NCBI GenBank assembly: GCA_944375955.1
Contig: CALWBE010000057.1
Span: 5,346-69,345, forward strand
Direction: 5' to 3'
Length of the DNA: 64,000 bases
Origin: an uncultured Clostridia bacterium
GTDB lineage: Bacteria; Bacillota; Clostridia; Oscillospirales; CAG-382
The stretch's first letter is position 1. Every line of letters starts with the position of its first letter. The notes beneath the pieces are model-generated. The model worked only from the letters and a program-made list of their open reading frames with translations. It ran no database searches and was not told the DNA's origin. A program made the position numbers and the translations under genes. Below, piece by piece: positions 28,838 through 37,465 of this stretch.

Positions 28838-29881
28838 ATGGACGATGAAAAGAAAATAAAAATAGTCAATGAAATAATAAATGATGCTTTCTGGTTAAGT
28901 TATATATTAGAGTTGAAAAGAAAACTTACTGATTATAACACAAAAGAAGTTTTAACCCATTTTTTGTTGTTTTATGGCTCGATTTTTTGCGGAGAGACCA
29001 TATCTGCAAAATTTGGCGGTATGGCAAAAAGTGCTACAACAACAGAACAAGAGATTGAAGAGTTCAGAAATAATAATCTAAAGCATTGTTACACAATGAC
29101 ATCTAATACCGCTAAAAGAGTTATCGAGCAAATGGGTATAGATTTAGATAATTACGTGTTTGATATAGTTCTAACATTGAACGATTCAACTCTGTTAGAT
29201 ACGAATTTCCGAAGTTGGAATTACAACAAAGCGGAAAAAGAAAAACTGTTGGAGTGCGTTGTTTCAACTCCAAACGCTTGGGTTGAAGAATTGATGCCAG
29301 ATATTTATGAGACGGCATTGGATTTATTGAAAGAACATACAGAGAATTTAGTTAATAAGTTGTCGTGCAATCAAATAACTCAAAAGTCATATTCTTCACA
29401 AAAACTATATATAAACTCTATTTTGACTTCCAATGATAAAATATACATTTTACAACGTTATGGACACGTTAAGTTATTGAGTTTCTTTGATGCATTGTTT
29501 GAAAAAGGCATTTCAATCAAGTATAAAGGTCTTGTTATTGATTCAAAGACGTTCCTGACAAAGTGTAAGGCAATTCTAATTGAGATGCTTTATAACGACT
29601 CAAAAAGCAATAATATTGCAGTGTTAGACGAAATCTTTCTGCTAAACAAAAATACCATACCGCCAGAGTTTTATCCGAAAAACAGGAGCATAAGAGACAA
29701 CTTGCATTATGGGGACTACCACTATTTATCGGACGAGGAATGGAAACTAGTCCAAGAGTATCAAGATGTTTATCTAAAAAATGTGTTAGACGTTTTTGAT
29801 AAGAATATTTCGTATAATTTTGGCTTTGCTTATAAAATTGGCTTGTGGTTAGCAAAAGTATATAAATGGAGTAACGAATAG
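28838..29881 (+). CDS. Hypothetical protein (348 aa), very AT-rich, apparently all-alpha, no recognised family
   Basis: ATG 28838 lies 8 nt after GAAAGGGA and downstream of the promoter at 28781-28809. Sampled 60-nt lines are about 20-25% GC, against about 45-50% in sampled core genes. The only motif-like element is 'RSIRDNLH' near the C-terminus. Confidence 0.7.
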   Translation: MDDEKKIKIVNEIINDAFWLSYILELKRKLTDYNTKEVLTHFLLFYGSIFCGETISAKFGGMAKSATTTEQEIEEFRNNNLKHCYTMTSNTAKRVIEQMGIDLDNYVFDIVLTLNDSTLLDTNFRSWNYNKAEKEKLLECVVSTPNAWVEELMPDIYETALDLLKEHTENLVNKLSCNQITQKSYSSQKLYINSILTSNDKIYILQRYGHVKLLSFFDALFEKGISIKYKGLVIDSKTFLTKCKAILIEMLYNDSKSNNIAVLDEIFLLNKNTIPPEFYPKNRSIRDNLHYGDYHYLSDEEWKLVQEYQDVYLKNVLDVFDKNISYNFGFAYKIGLWLAKVYKWSNE

Positions 29882-29896
29882 TATAGAGGTGATAAA

Positions 29897-31027
29897 ATGG
29901 CAAACAAGAAACTTTCCGAAGCAAAAAACGCAAAAAATGATGAGTTCTACACTCAATATGAAGATATACAGAGAGAAGTCAATGCTTATCTGGAATACAA
30001 CCCAGATGTATTTAGAGGCAAAACAATTCTGCTCCCCTGTGATGACCCAGAGTGGAGCAACTTCACAAGGTTCTTTGCACAGAACTTTGAAAATTTCGGA
30101 TTGAAGAAGTTGATAAGTACCAGTTTTGCATATGAGAGCAAGAACTTCAAAGAGGGGTATCAGTTATCTTTCTTTGAAACTGAATCCCCCGAATATGACG
30201 AGGACAAGACAAAGACACACGGAAAGATATTTACTCTTACGAGAGACAGCAACAAGTCTGGTGCTATTGATATTGACGATTTGGAGTGGCACTATTTAGA
30301 GGGGGACGGAGATTTTAGAAGTGATGAGGTAAAGGCTTTAAGAGACGAGGCTGACATAATCGTTACTAATCCACCGTTTTCTTTGTATAGGGACTTTATT
30401 GATTGGATTTTTGAAAAAGAAAAGAAGTTCATAATTATAGGAAACAAAAATAGTGTTACATACAAAGAGGTATTCCCTTTGATTATGAATAACAAAATGT
30501 GGTCTGGTAAGACAGGCTGGGGCGGTGGAATGTGGTTTGAAACCAAGAATCCCGCCGATGTTGATAAGGTTGTAAATGGAATAAATATGAAGAATGTTTC
30601 TTCTGTGTGGTTTTCAAACATCGAACACGGAAAACGCCACGAGCCTTTGTCTCTTATGACAATGGCAGATAATGTAAAGTTTAGCAAACACAAAGAAGTG
30701 AGAGACAAGGGATATAGCCATTACGATAATTATGACGGAATAGAAGTTCCATTTACAGATGCTATCCCAAGTGATTATGACGGAATAATGGGCGTTCCGA
30801 TTAGTTTTTTAGAAAAATATTGTCCAGAACAATTTGAAATATTAGGTATGTGCGAAAATCTTGATTTGTATGGATTGAAAACAAAAGTATATACAACGCA
30901 AGAGTGCCAAGATAGATATTTTGAATTGTTTGGGAAGAAAGGTACTTATGATTTGAACGCCGCAGGAGTCGTTGATGGTATTAAAGTATATCAGCGAATC
31001 CTAATAAGAAAGAGGGTGCAAGAATGA
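29897..31027 (+). CDS. N6-adenine DNA methyltransferase, EcoRI-methylase-like family
   Basis: N-terminal '[12 protein letters not shown]' and '[13 protein letters not shown]', catalytic motif IV 'IVTNPPFS'. GAGGTG RBS. Confidence 0.8.
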   Translation: MANKKLSEAKNAKNDEFYTQYEDIQREVNAYLEYNPDVFRGKTILLPCDDPEWSNFTRFFAQNFENFGLKKLISTSFAYESKNFKEGYQLSFFETESPEYDEDKTKTHGKIFTLTRDSNKSGAIDIDDLEWHYLEGDGDFRSDEVKALRDEADIIVTNPPFSLYRDFIDWIFEKEKKFIIIGNKNSVTYKEVFPLIMNNKMWSGKTGWGGGMWFETKNPADVDKVVNGINMKNVSSVWFSNIEHGKRHEPLSLMTMADNVKFSKHKEVRDKGYSHYDNYDGIEVPFTDAIPSDYDGIMGVPISFLEKYCPEQFEILGMCENLDLYGLKTKVYTTQECQDRYFELFGKKGTYDLNAAGVVDGIKVYQRILIRKRVQE

Positions 31028-32187
31028 TTACCACATTAGTAACTGACATAACAGTTGAGGATATATGCAAAGGCTTTGTATATAACGAGTATGAGGGTAA
31101 AGGTCTGTTTGGTCTTTCTGGAAAATTGGTTATTCAGCCAGAGTATCAGCGTAATTATATCTATGCTGACGGAAAGCGTGATGTGGCTGTTATTGATTCC
31201 ATTCTCAAAGGCTATCCTCTGGGACTTATCTACTTTACCAAAGTTGCAGAAGATAAATATGAGGTTTTGGACGGACAACAGCGTATTACCAGTTTTGGAC
31301 GATATGTAACAGGCAAGTTTGCCATTAACGACCAGAACGGCATACCGAGATACTTCTCTGGACTTGCAAAGGATATGCAGGACAAGATAATGCAGACTAC
31401 CTTGACTATCTATATCTGTGAGGGTACAGAGAGTGAAATCAAGGAATGGTTCAAGACTATCAATATCGCAGGCATACCCCTTAACGAGCAGGAACTTTCA
31501 AACGCTATTCATTCGGGACCCTTTGTAACCAAAGCAAAAGAGGAGTTTTCCAACAGCCAGAACGCCAATATCCAGAAATGGAGTGCGTACATATCTGGTA
31601 GTGTTATAAGACAGGACTATTTGCGTACTGCTCTTGAATGGGTAAGCAAGGGCAATATTGACGATTATATGAGTAAGCACAGATACGATGACAACATAAA
31701 CGAGTTGAGAGCATATTTCACAAGCGTTATTGATTGGGTATCAAGTGTCTTTACTGATGTTGAAAGCGAAATGAGAGGTCTGCCTTGGGGTGAGTTCTAC
31801 GAGCAGTACCACACAAACGCTTATGCTCCCGATGAAGTGTCGGCTAAACTGAAAGAACTGTATTCTGACTTTTATGTTAAGGATAAAAAGGGTGTATATG
31901 AGTATATACTCGGTGGCTGTACCGACAGCAAACTCCTTAACATTCGAGTATTTGACGAGCCTACCAAAAAGACAGTTTATACACGCCAGACCGAAGAAGC
32001 AAAGAGCAGTAATGTTTCAAACTGTCCTCTCTGTGCTATGGGTAGCGACAACAATAAAACCCGTGTATGGAAAATAACAGAAATGGATGCAGACCACGTT
32101 ACCGCTTGGAGCAAAGGCGGAGCTACAGATATAAAGAATTGTCAGATGCTTTGCAAAACACATAACCGAGCAAAAGGCAATAAATAA
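31024..32187 (+). CDS. DUF262 (ParB/GmrS-like NTPase) - HNH endonuclease fusion protein
   Basis: '[11 protein letters not shown]', '[11 protein letters not shown]' (DUF262 hallmarks). C-terminal HNH 'CPLC...[33 protein letters not shown]'. The start overlaps the MTase stop (ATGA at 31024-31027). Confidence 0.85.
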   Translation: MITTLVTDITVEDICKGFVYNEYEGKGLFGLSGKLVIQPEYQRNYIYADGKRDVAVIDSILKGYPLGLIYFTKVAEDKYEVLDGQQRITSFGRYVTGKFAINDQNGIPRYFSGLAKDMQDKIMQTTLTIYICEGTESEIKEWFKTINIAGIPLNEQELSNAIHSGPFVTKAKEEFSNSQNANIQKWSAYISGSVIRQDYLRTALEWVSKGNIDDYMSKHRYDDNINELRAYFTSVIDWVSSVFTDVESEMRGLPWGEFYEQYHTNAYAPDEVSAKLKELYSDFYVKDKKGVYEYILGGCTDSKLLNIRVFDEPTKKTVYTRQTEEAKSSNVSNCPLCAMGSDNNKTRVWKITEMDADHVTAWSKGGATDIKNCQMLCKTHNRAKGNK

Positions 32188-32364
32188 TAGTTATATTCTG
32201 GCGTATTCTGTCTATAATATATTGTGGGTCTTTTCACACCCTCCTCTCATATCTGTATCAACACAAACACAGACAGGGGTAGGAATTAGAATGGACGGAA
32301 TATAAAATTGGTTTATTCCTGCCGTTAAGGCAGGTGTAAAATAAAAATGGTTGGAAGAAAAACA

Positions 32365-32408
32365 ACCGCCAGAGTGTATGTTACTACATTCTGGCGGTCT
32401 GCTTTTGT
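32365..32408 (+). terminator. Rho-independent terminator at the right edge of the island
   Basis: ACCGCCAGA-16 nt-TCTGGCGGT followed by CTGCTTTTGT. Confidence 0.65.
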
Positions 32409-32423
32409 ATGGCGGTGGAATAA

Positions 32424-33612
32424 ATGAAATTGGATTTGACAGTATTTAATCAAGATATTTTCAGATAAATATATTTATAATGAGCCATCAGATCTTGAAA
32501 ATATAAAGGTACTTCGCAAACAATATGATTTTAAACAAACTATCCCTGATAAGAGTGTATTGAAAAACAAAATAAAAGGCGCATGGATAGGCAGAATATG
32601 CGGATGCCTTTTAGGTAAACCTATTGAAGGCATACGAACAAAGGAGCTGTTTCCGCTACTTAAAGAAACCGGAAATTATCCAATGCACAGATATATTTTG
32701 TCAACGGATATAACAAATGAGATATGTCAAAAAACCTCTTACAATTTAAAGGGTAAATGCTGGGCAGATACGATTTTGTCGGCGCCCGCGGATGATGATA
32801 CTAATTATACTGTGCTCGCAAGTATTCTCATAGATAAATACGGCAAGGATTTTACTCCGGGAGACGTCATGGAAACATGGATTACTTATCAGCCTAAAGA
32901 TGCATATTGTACTGCTGAAAGAGTAGCGTGGAGAAATTATTTTAACGGATACTGTCCTCCTGATACAGCTATATATAAAAATCCTTACCGTGAATATATA
33001 GGAGCACAAATAAGAGGTGATTATTTTGGATATATAAATCCGGGAGATCCAGAATTTGCGGCTGAGCTTGCATGGCGTGACGCTTCTGTCTCGCATGTTA
33101 AAAACGGAATTTACGGAGAAATGTTTGTTTCAGCCATGTTAGCATGTGCTGCTGTAAGCGACGATATAATTGATATAATAAATGGAGGATTGGCGCAAAT
33201 ACCATCTTCTTCGAGATTGTATGAAAATATTGTAAATGTTATTGACTGGTATAAAGACGGGATATGTGAAGAAGAGTGCAGGAGGCGTATTTATACAAGA
33301 TATGATGAAAATGGGTTTGGATGGTGTCATACAATTTCCAACGCAATGATAGTTGTTATGGCCTTGTTGTATAACGATACATACGGTGGGGCAATATGTT
33401 CTGCGGTTCAGACCGGATTTGATACAGATTGCAACGGAGCGACAGTAGGATCCATATTTGGAATGATGAGAGGGCAAAATGCAATAGATACTGAGTGGAC
33501 TTATTGTATAAACAATAAACTTAAAACAAATATCATAGGTGTGTCTGAAATTACAATTGACGATCTTGTTAAAATTACGATGAAACATATAAATAAGGAA
33601 TTTGGAGTATAA
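32424..33612 (+). CDS. ADP-ribosylglycohydrolase family protein, 5' end disrupted by a 1-nt frameshift (or TTG start at 32560)
   Basis: 'GAWIGRICGCLLGKPIEG', 'DDDTNYT', 'GFDTDCNGATVGSIFG' ARH motifs. The main frame is open from 32440 with no ATG. ATG 32424 (GGTGGA RBS) is in the +1 frame and stops at 32466. The T4 run lies at 32458-32461. Confidence 0.8.
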
Positions 33613-33678
33613 AATAAAGTAATATTTATTTTGCACTTCAGTATTTCAGAAATAATTAAAAGATTTTAAAATGTTATA

Positions 33679-33707
33679 TTGACATCGTAAGACGTACTCA
33701 ATATAAT
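33679..33707 (+). promoter_or_regulatory. Candidate promoter
   Basis: TTGACA-17 nt-TATAAT upstream of the 33781 gene. Confidence 0.55.
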
Positions 33708-33780
33708 AAACATAAATAATATGGACTTAAAAATTATTTTGCAATATTTTATTATTTTTGTATATTAGGGGGCTAAAAAA

Positions 33781-34536
33781 GTGAGAATATGCATACCTAT
33801 TCCGTGCTTTTTCGGAAATATGAACTTTATTGACGCGATTTACAAAGTAAAAGAACTCGGTTTTGATGCGGCAGAAACATATAATTGGAAAGATTTAGAT
33901 TTAACAGCGGTAAGAAATGCCTGTAATGAAACAGGAGTAGAATTGCTTAGTATGTGTACGACAGAATTTAATATGACTGATCCTGAAATGAGGCAGAACT
34001 GGCTGGCAGGTTTAAAAGAAAGCTGTGAAGCTGCAAAAATAGCAGGAGTAAAGAGACTTATTACTCAGGTAGGCAATGACACCGGCGAGGAACGTCAAAA
34101 ACAGCATGAAAGTATAGTTATGGCTCTGCGTGAGGCAAAGCCTATTTTAGAGGATAGTGGTGTTACAGTGATGATAGAGCCGCTCAATACCTTAGTAGAT
34201 CATAAAGGATATTATTTGTGGCAGTCAGCCGAGGCTTTTGATATAATACGTGAAGTTGATGATCAATATGTTAAAGTAGTGTATGATATTTATCATCAGC
34301 AGGTTATGGAAGGCAATATAATTCCTAATATTGTAAATAATTTAGACTGCATAGCCCACCTGCACAGCGCCGGACATCCGGGCCGAATAGAATTGCAGTT
34401 TGGGGAAAATGATTATAAAGTTATTTTTAGAGAGGTAGATAAGGCAGGATATAAAGGAGCATGTGGGCTTGAATATCATCCGACTTTAGGGGGCGAAGAG
34501 AGTTTAAAAAAATTTAGGGAAATTTATCTGTCGTAA
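33781..34536 (+). CDS. Hydroxypyruvate isomerase-like TIM-barrel protein (sugar phosphate isomerase/epimerase family)
   Basis: 'GFDAAE', 'IEPLN', 'VYDIYHQQVMEGN', 'HLHSAGHPGR', 'GLEYHP'. GTG start. Confidence 0.75.
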   Translation: MRICIPIPCFFGNMNFIDAIYKVKELGFDAAETYNWKDLDLTAVRNACNETGVELLSMCTTEFNMTDPEMRQNWLAGLKESCEAAKIAGVKRLITQVGNDTGEERQKQHESIVMALREAKPILEDSGVTVMIEPLNTLVDHKGYYLWQSAEAFDIIREVDDQYVKVVYDIYHQQVMEGNIIPNIVNNLDCIAHLHSAGHPGRIELQFGENDYKVIFREVDKAGYKGACGLEYHPTLGGEESLKKFREIYLS

Positions 34537-34582
34537 AAAATAAAAATTCAGAATTATTGTATCAAAATTTTATATGCTTATA

Positions 34583-34618
34583 AAAAAGCGCTCTTGTAAT
34601 TTATCAAGAGCGCTTTTT
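34583..34618. terminator. Bidirectional terminator
   Basis: AAAAA-GCGCTCTTG-taatttat-CAAGAGCGC-TTTTT. Confidence 0.8.
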
Positions 34619-34950
34619 AACTTCTTATTTTTGAAAACTTGTTTATGTTAGTAAAAAACAAGTTTTAAATGCAAATAACTTACGGAAAATTTTAACTGAT
34701 AGTTAAATACTGCAGCTTAAGACTGTGCAAAGATCAAAAAAAGTTGTTTCAAACAATAAAAATGAGGGTATGCAGCAAAAAAAGTTAAATTTTGCTAACA
34801 GCCGATTTAGAATGAAAAATATGAAAAGCAAACCGCTGTCACTTTATATTAAAAAAGAACCAAGAGCATAAAACGGCTCCAGGTTCTGTCTGTCTAGAGG
34901 CTATAAAAAAGATATTTCGCAATTTCAATTAGGAATTTGAGCCACCGTTA

Positions 34951-36081
34951 TCAGCATAAATTTCTTATGATTTCTTTGAATTTATCTGTATTTCGTATTT
35001 TATCAAACGTGGGATTGTTAAGTTTGAGTAGAAGCCTTTCCTTGTATGTGTCTAAATAAGTTTCTGAGCTCCAATAAAAATCACGTTCCACGTCACAGAG
35101 GAGGGGTGTCTTCATTTTTTTACCTGGTACAAATTTCGGCAAAACCTGTGTATCGTATTCCACCATTTTTTCTATCATAGACAATGCATCGTCATTACGA
35201 TTTTGTTCCAAATACAGTATAGCCAATAAAAAATAGATATCACCGCGTTCTCGGTAATGAAAGCTGGGTATAATTTCTTCATCTTTACAAATAAGGTGAA
35301 TAATAGAAAGCGCTTGCATTAATGTATATTCGACATTGCTATAATCTTTAAGATGATGATAACTAATTGCAATTGACACAAGATCATCAAGCAAGGCTTC
35401 AAAATGATACATAAAATCATTTTGATACCATTTATTTTCAGTCATATATTCTTTTTCAAAGTGGGCAATATACGCTTTCATTTTGTGAACGGTCATATCG
35501 GCTCGCCAAGGAAACTCATTTGCATGAAGTTCTGCCGCTTCAAAATTGCCGTAAGCCGAGTGGAGTAACACCATAATCATATGAGCACGAAGTATGTCGG
35601 TTGTATTTTTTCCGTATTTGATAACAATATTTGCTTGTCGCACACATTCTTTATATATGGCTTCTCCGTTTTCTGAATCAAAAATGTCGTTCTCTGGATA
35701 TGCTAAAGATATACCCGCTTCAAGAGAATTTGACAACAAAACCGTGTTGCTCGGATATTTCTTCAACCCCTTTTGCAATTCTTCGTACCGCTGTTTGATA
35801 CATTCTCGGGTAACAGGATATGTGATTTTTGATTCTGCTTGTTCGATAATTTCTTTAACTTCCTCGGCATCATTTCTACCATAGATGCCAAACAGCACAT
35901 CAGTACTAACATTAAAAACTGTCGCAAGAGGAACTACTTGCGAAATGTCCGGCATTCCCGAGTCATTTTCCCACTTTGAAACCGCTTGAAATGTTACGCC
36001 GAGCTGCTCAGCAAGTTTTTCTTGTGTCAGATTTCGTTCTTTGCGCAACCTTCTGATAATTTGACCCATTGTTTCTTGCAT
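34951..36081 (-). CDS. XRE-family HTH transcriptional regulator with C-terminal TPR-like helical repeats (RNPP-like architecture)
   Basis: 'IIRRLRKERNLTQEKLAEQLGVTFQAVSKWENDSGMPDISQVVPLATVFNVSTDVLFG' HTH_3, then about 300 aa of helical repeats. AAGGAGG RBS supports ATG 36081 (MQETMGQ). Confidence 0.8.
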   Translation of the reverse strand: MQETMGQIIRRLRKERNLTQEKLAEQLGVTFQAVSKWENDSGMPDISQVVPLATVFNVSTDVLFGIYGRNDAEEVKEIIEQAESKITYPVTRECIKQRYEELQKGLKKYPSNTVLLSNSLEAGISLAYPENDIFDSENGEAIYKECVRQANIVIKYGKNTTDILRAHMIMVLLHSAYGNFEAAELHANEFPWRADMTVHKMKAYIAHFEKEYMTENKWYQNDFMYHFEALLDDLVSIAISYHHLKDYSNVEYTLMQALSIIHLICKDEEIIPSFHYRERGDIYFLLAILYLEQNRNDDALSMIEKMVEYDTQVLPKFVPGKKMKTPLLCDVERDFYWSSETYLDTYKERLLLKLNNPTFDKIRNTDKFKEIIRNLC

Positions 36082-36449
36082 AGTTAAATTCCTCCTTACT
36101 CGATATTTTCGGTACCGCACCTATATTATCACACACGATTTGCATAAAAAAAAGCGATTTAAAAATGAGTTTTATTTCAACTTTGCGTTGAATATGTTGT
36201 ATCACATTTCAAAGAAATATTCAAGATTGATTTTACGCTATACCGTAAAATCAAAATGTACTTCAAAATCGCGATCGACAGCTAAGTAAAAATAGAAAGA
36301 ACAAAATGAATCAAAGTGCCAATAAAATAAGAAAATCGCGCGTTGTAAAATGAAGTTGCGCATTTAGTCAAACAAAAAGGTCCATAGCGAGGATCTCTGT
36401 GTTAGAATCAATCTGCTACAAAAGATCAACACAGAAAGAGGCAATCGCT

Positions 36450-36863
36450 ATGGACTACCCCAATCATATCACAAATCACGAAAAAGGTAAACACTTAGAT
36501 TACGAAGATTATGTGGTAATTGAGCTTCGGCTGAAAGACGGCTGGAAGCCCAATGCCATCGCTAAGAAGGAACTACATTGTGCGGCCAATACCGTGCGCA
36601 ACATCATCAAGAAGGGTATGACATCGCTGTACAATGGCAAGGTGTTCCGTTTCAAGGCCAAGACTGCATGGAAAGCTTATCAGGAAAACAGAAGCCACAG
36701 CTGCCGGACATACGAAGCCCTGGAGAAGCATCCTTTCTTGCAGTATGTGGAGAGGCACTTTCAGGAGGATCAGTGGTCGTTGGATGCCTGCGTCGGTCGT
36801 GCGCTGGAAGAGGGCAGCTTTGACAGAAGTGAGATCCTGTGTACAAAAACCCTCTATAACTAA
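36450..36863 (+). pseudogene. Truncated IS30-family transposase (N-terminal HTH part only, about 138 aa; DDE domain missing)
   Basis: 'MDYPNHITNHEKGKHLDYEDYVVIELRLKDGWKPNAIAKKELHCAANTVRNIIKKG...' resembles IS30-type N-termini. Locally GC-rich, with ORFs open in several frames on both strands. The 10-bp inverted repeat TCCATAGCGA/TCGCTATGGA (36382-36391 / 36443-36452) brackets the start codon. Confidence 0.6.
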
Positions 36864-36918
36864 AGGGCACTGAAAAAGTCAGATCTATGAAAGTAGGTCT
36901 GGCTTTTTCAGTGCCCTT
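36863..36918. repeat. Long inverted repeat / hairpin at the truncation point of the IS30 fragment
   Basis: AAGGGCACTGAAAAAG (36863-36878) is a perfect reverse complement of CTTTTTCAGTGCCCTT (36903-36918), with extra inner CAGA/TCTG pairing. No clear U-run on the plus strand. Confidence 0.85.
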
Positions 36919-36966
36919 GATAAAATCGGGGTTTTCTGCGGCAATATCTTTTTTGTCGCCGCTTTA

Positions 36967-37060
36967 TGGCGGAGAAGGGGAGATTTGAACTCCCGCGCCG
37001 GTAAACCCGACCTACACCCTTAGCAGGGGCGCCTCTTCGGCCAACTTGAGTACTTCTCCG
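36967..37060 (-). tRNA. tRNA-Ser (anticodon GCU)
   Basis: Reverse complement GGAGAAGTACTCAAGTTGG...CCC-CTGCTAA-GGG...long variable arm...GGGAGTTCAAATCTCCCCTTCTCCGCCA. Confidence 0.93.
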
Positions 37061-37076
37061 AATATAAAAAACAATA

Positions 37077-37165
37077 TGGCGGAGAGGAAGGGATTCGAAC
37101 CCTTGTGCCCTCGCGGACAAACGGTTTTCAAGACCGCCTCGTTATGACCACTTCGATACCTCTCC
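37077..37165 (-). tRNA. tRNA-Ser (anticodon UGA)
   Basis: Reverse complement GGAGAGGTATCGAAGTGG...GCGGT-CTTGAAA-ACCGT...variable arm...AAGGGTTCGAATCCCTTCCTCTCCGCCA. Confidence 0.93.
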
Positions 37166-37343
37166 ATTTATTCCGCTTCATATCAGCGGCATGAATTATA
37201 TTATCATAATTCGTTTAAAAAGTCAATAGTTTTTGTTAAAAAAGTTAAAGTGATGGTCAGCAAAGCTTTAAGGGTAATAAAAATGCGAAATATTTTGAAT
37301 AAATATAATTATATAATTTGTATATAATAAAACACTATGTTCA

Positions 37344-37372
37344 TTGACATTTTGTCAATATTGTAGTATAAT
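37344..37372 (+). promoter_or_regulatory. Candidate promoter for the CNNM/CorC gene
   Basis: TTGACA-17 nt-TATAAT. Confidence 0.55.
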
Positions 37373-37465
37373 CGTTTTGTTATTTTGAACGCAAATAAAT
37401 AATGCGGAAATATAACTGATAAAATATACTTAAAGGCTTATATAGCTGAAAAGGAGAACTTCTTT

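Noticed and set aside
32272-32280. 9-nt match (GACAGGGGT) to the tmRNA 3' region (28374-28382) as a possible attR copy
   Set aside because: The match does not extend into the T-arm or acceptor sequence. It is too short to separate from chance, so it is not used as the island boundary.
34812-34871. 19-codon ORF (MKNMKSKPLSLYIKKEPRA*) as a candidate signalling propeptide for the RNPP-like regulator
   Set aside because: No RBS, no hydrophobic export segment, and it is convergent with the regulator. Not convincing.
36573-36873. Stack of five overlapping 61-81 aa ORFs on both strands
   Set aside because: A consequence of the locally GC-rich IS30 fragment, where stop codons are rare. Only the frame with the IS30-like HTH sequence is meaningful.
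36908-37120. 70-aa minus-strand ORF
   Set aside because: Spans the two tRNA-Ser genes, and its R/G-rich translation is a tRNA-sequence artefact.
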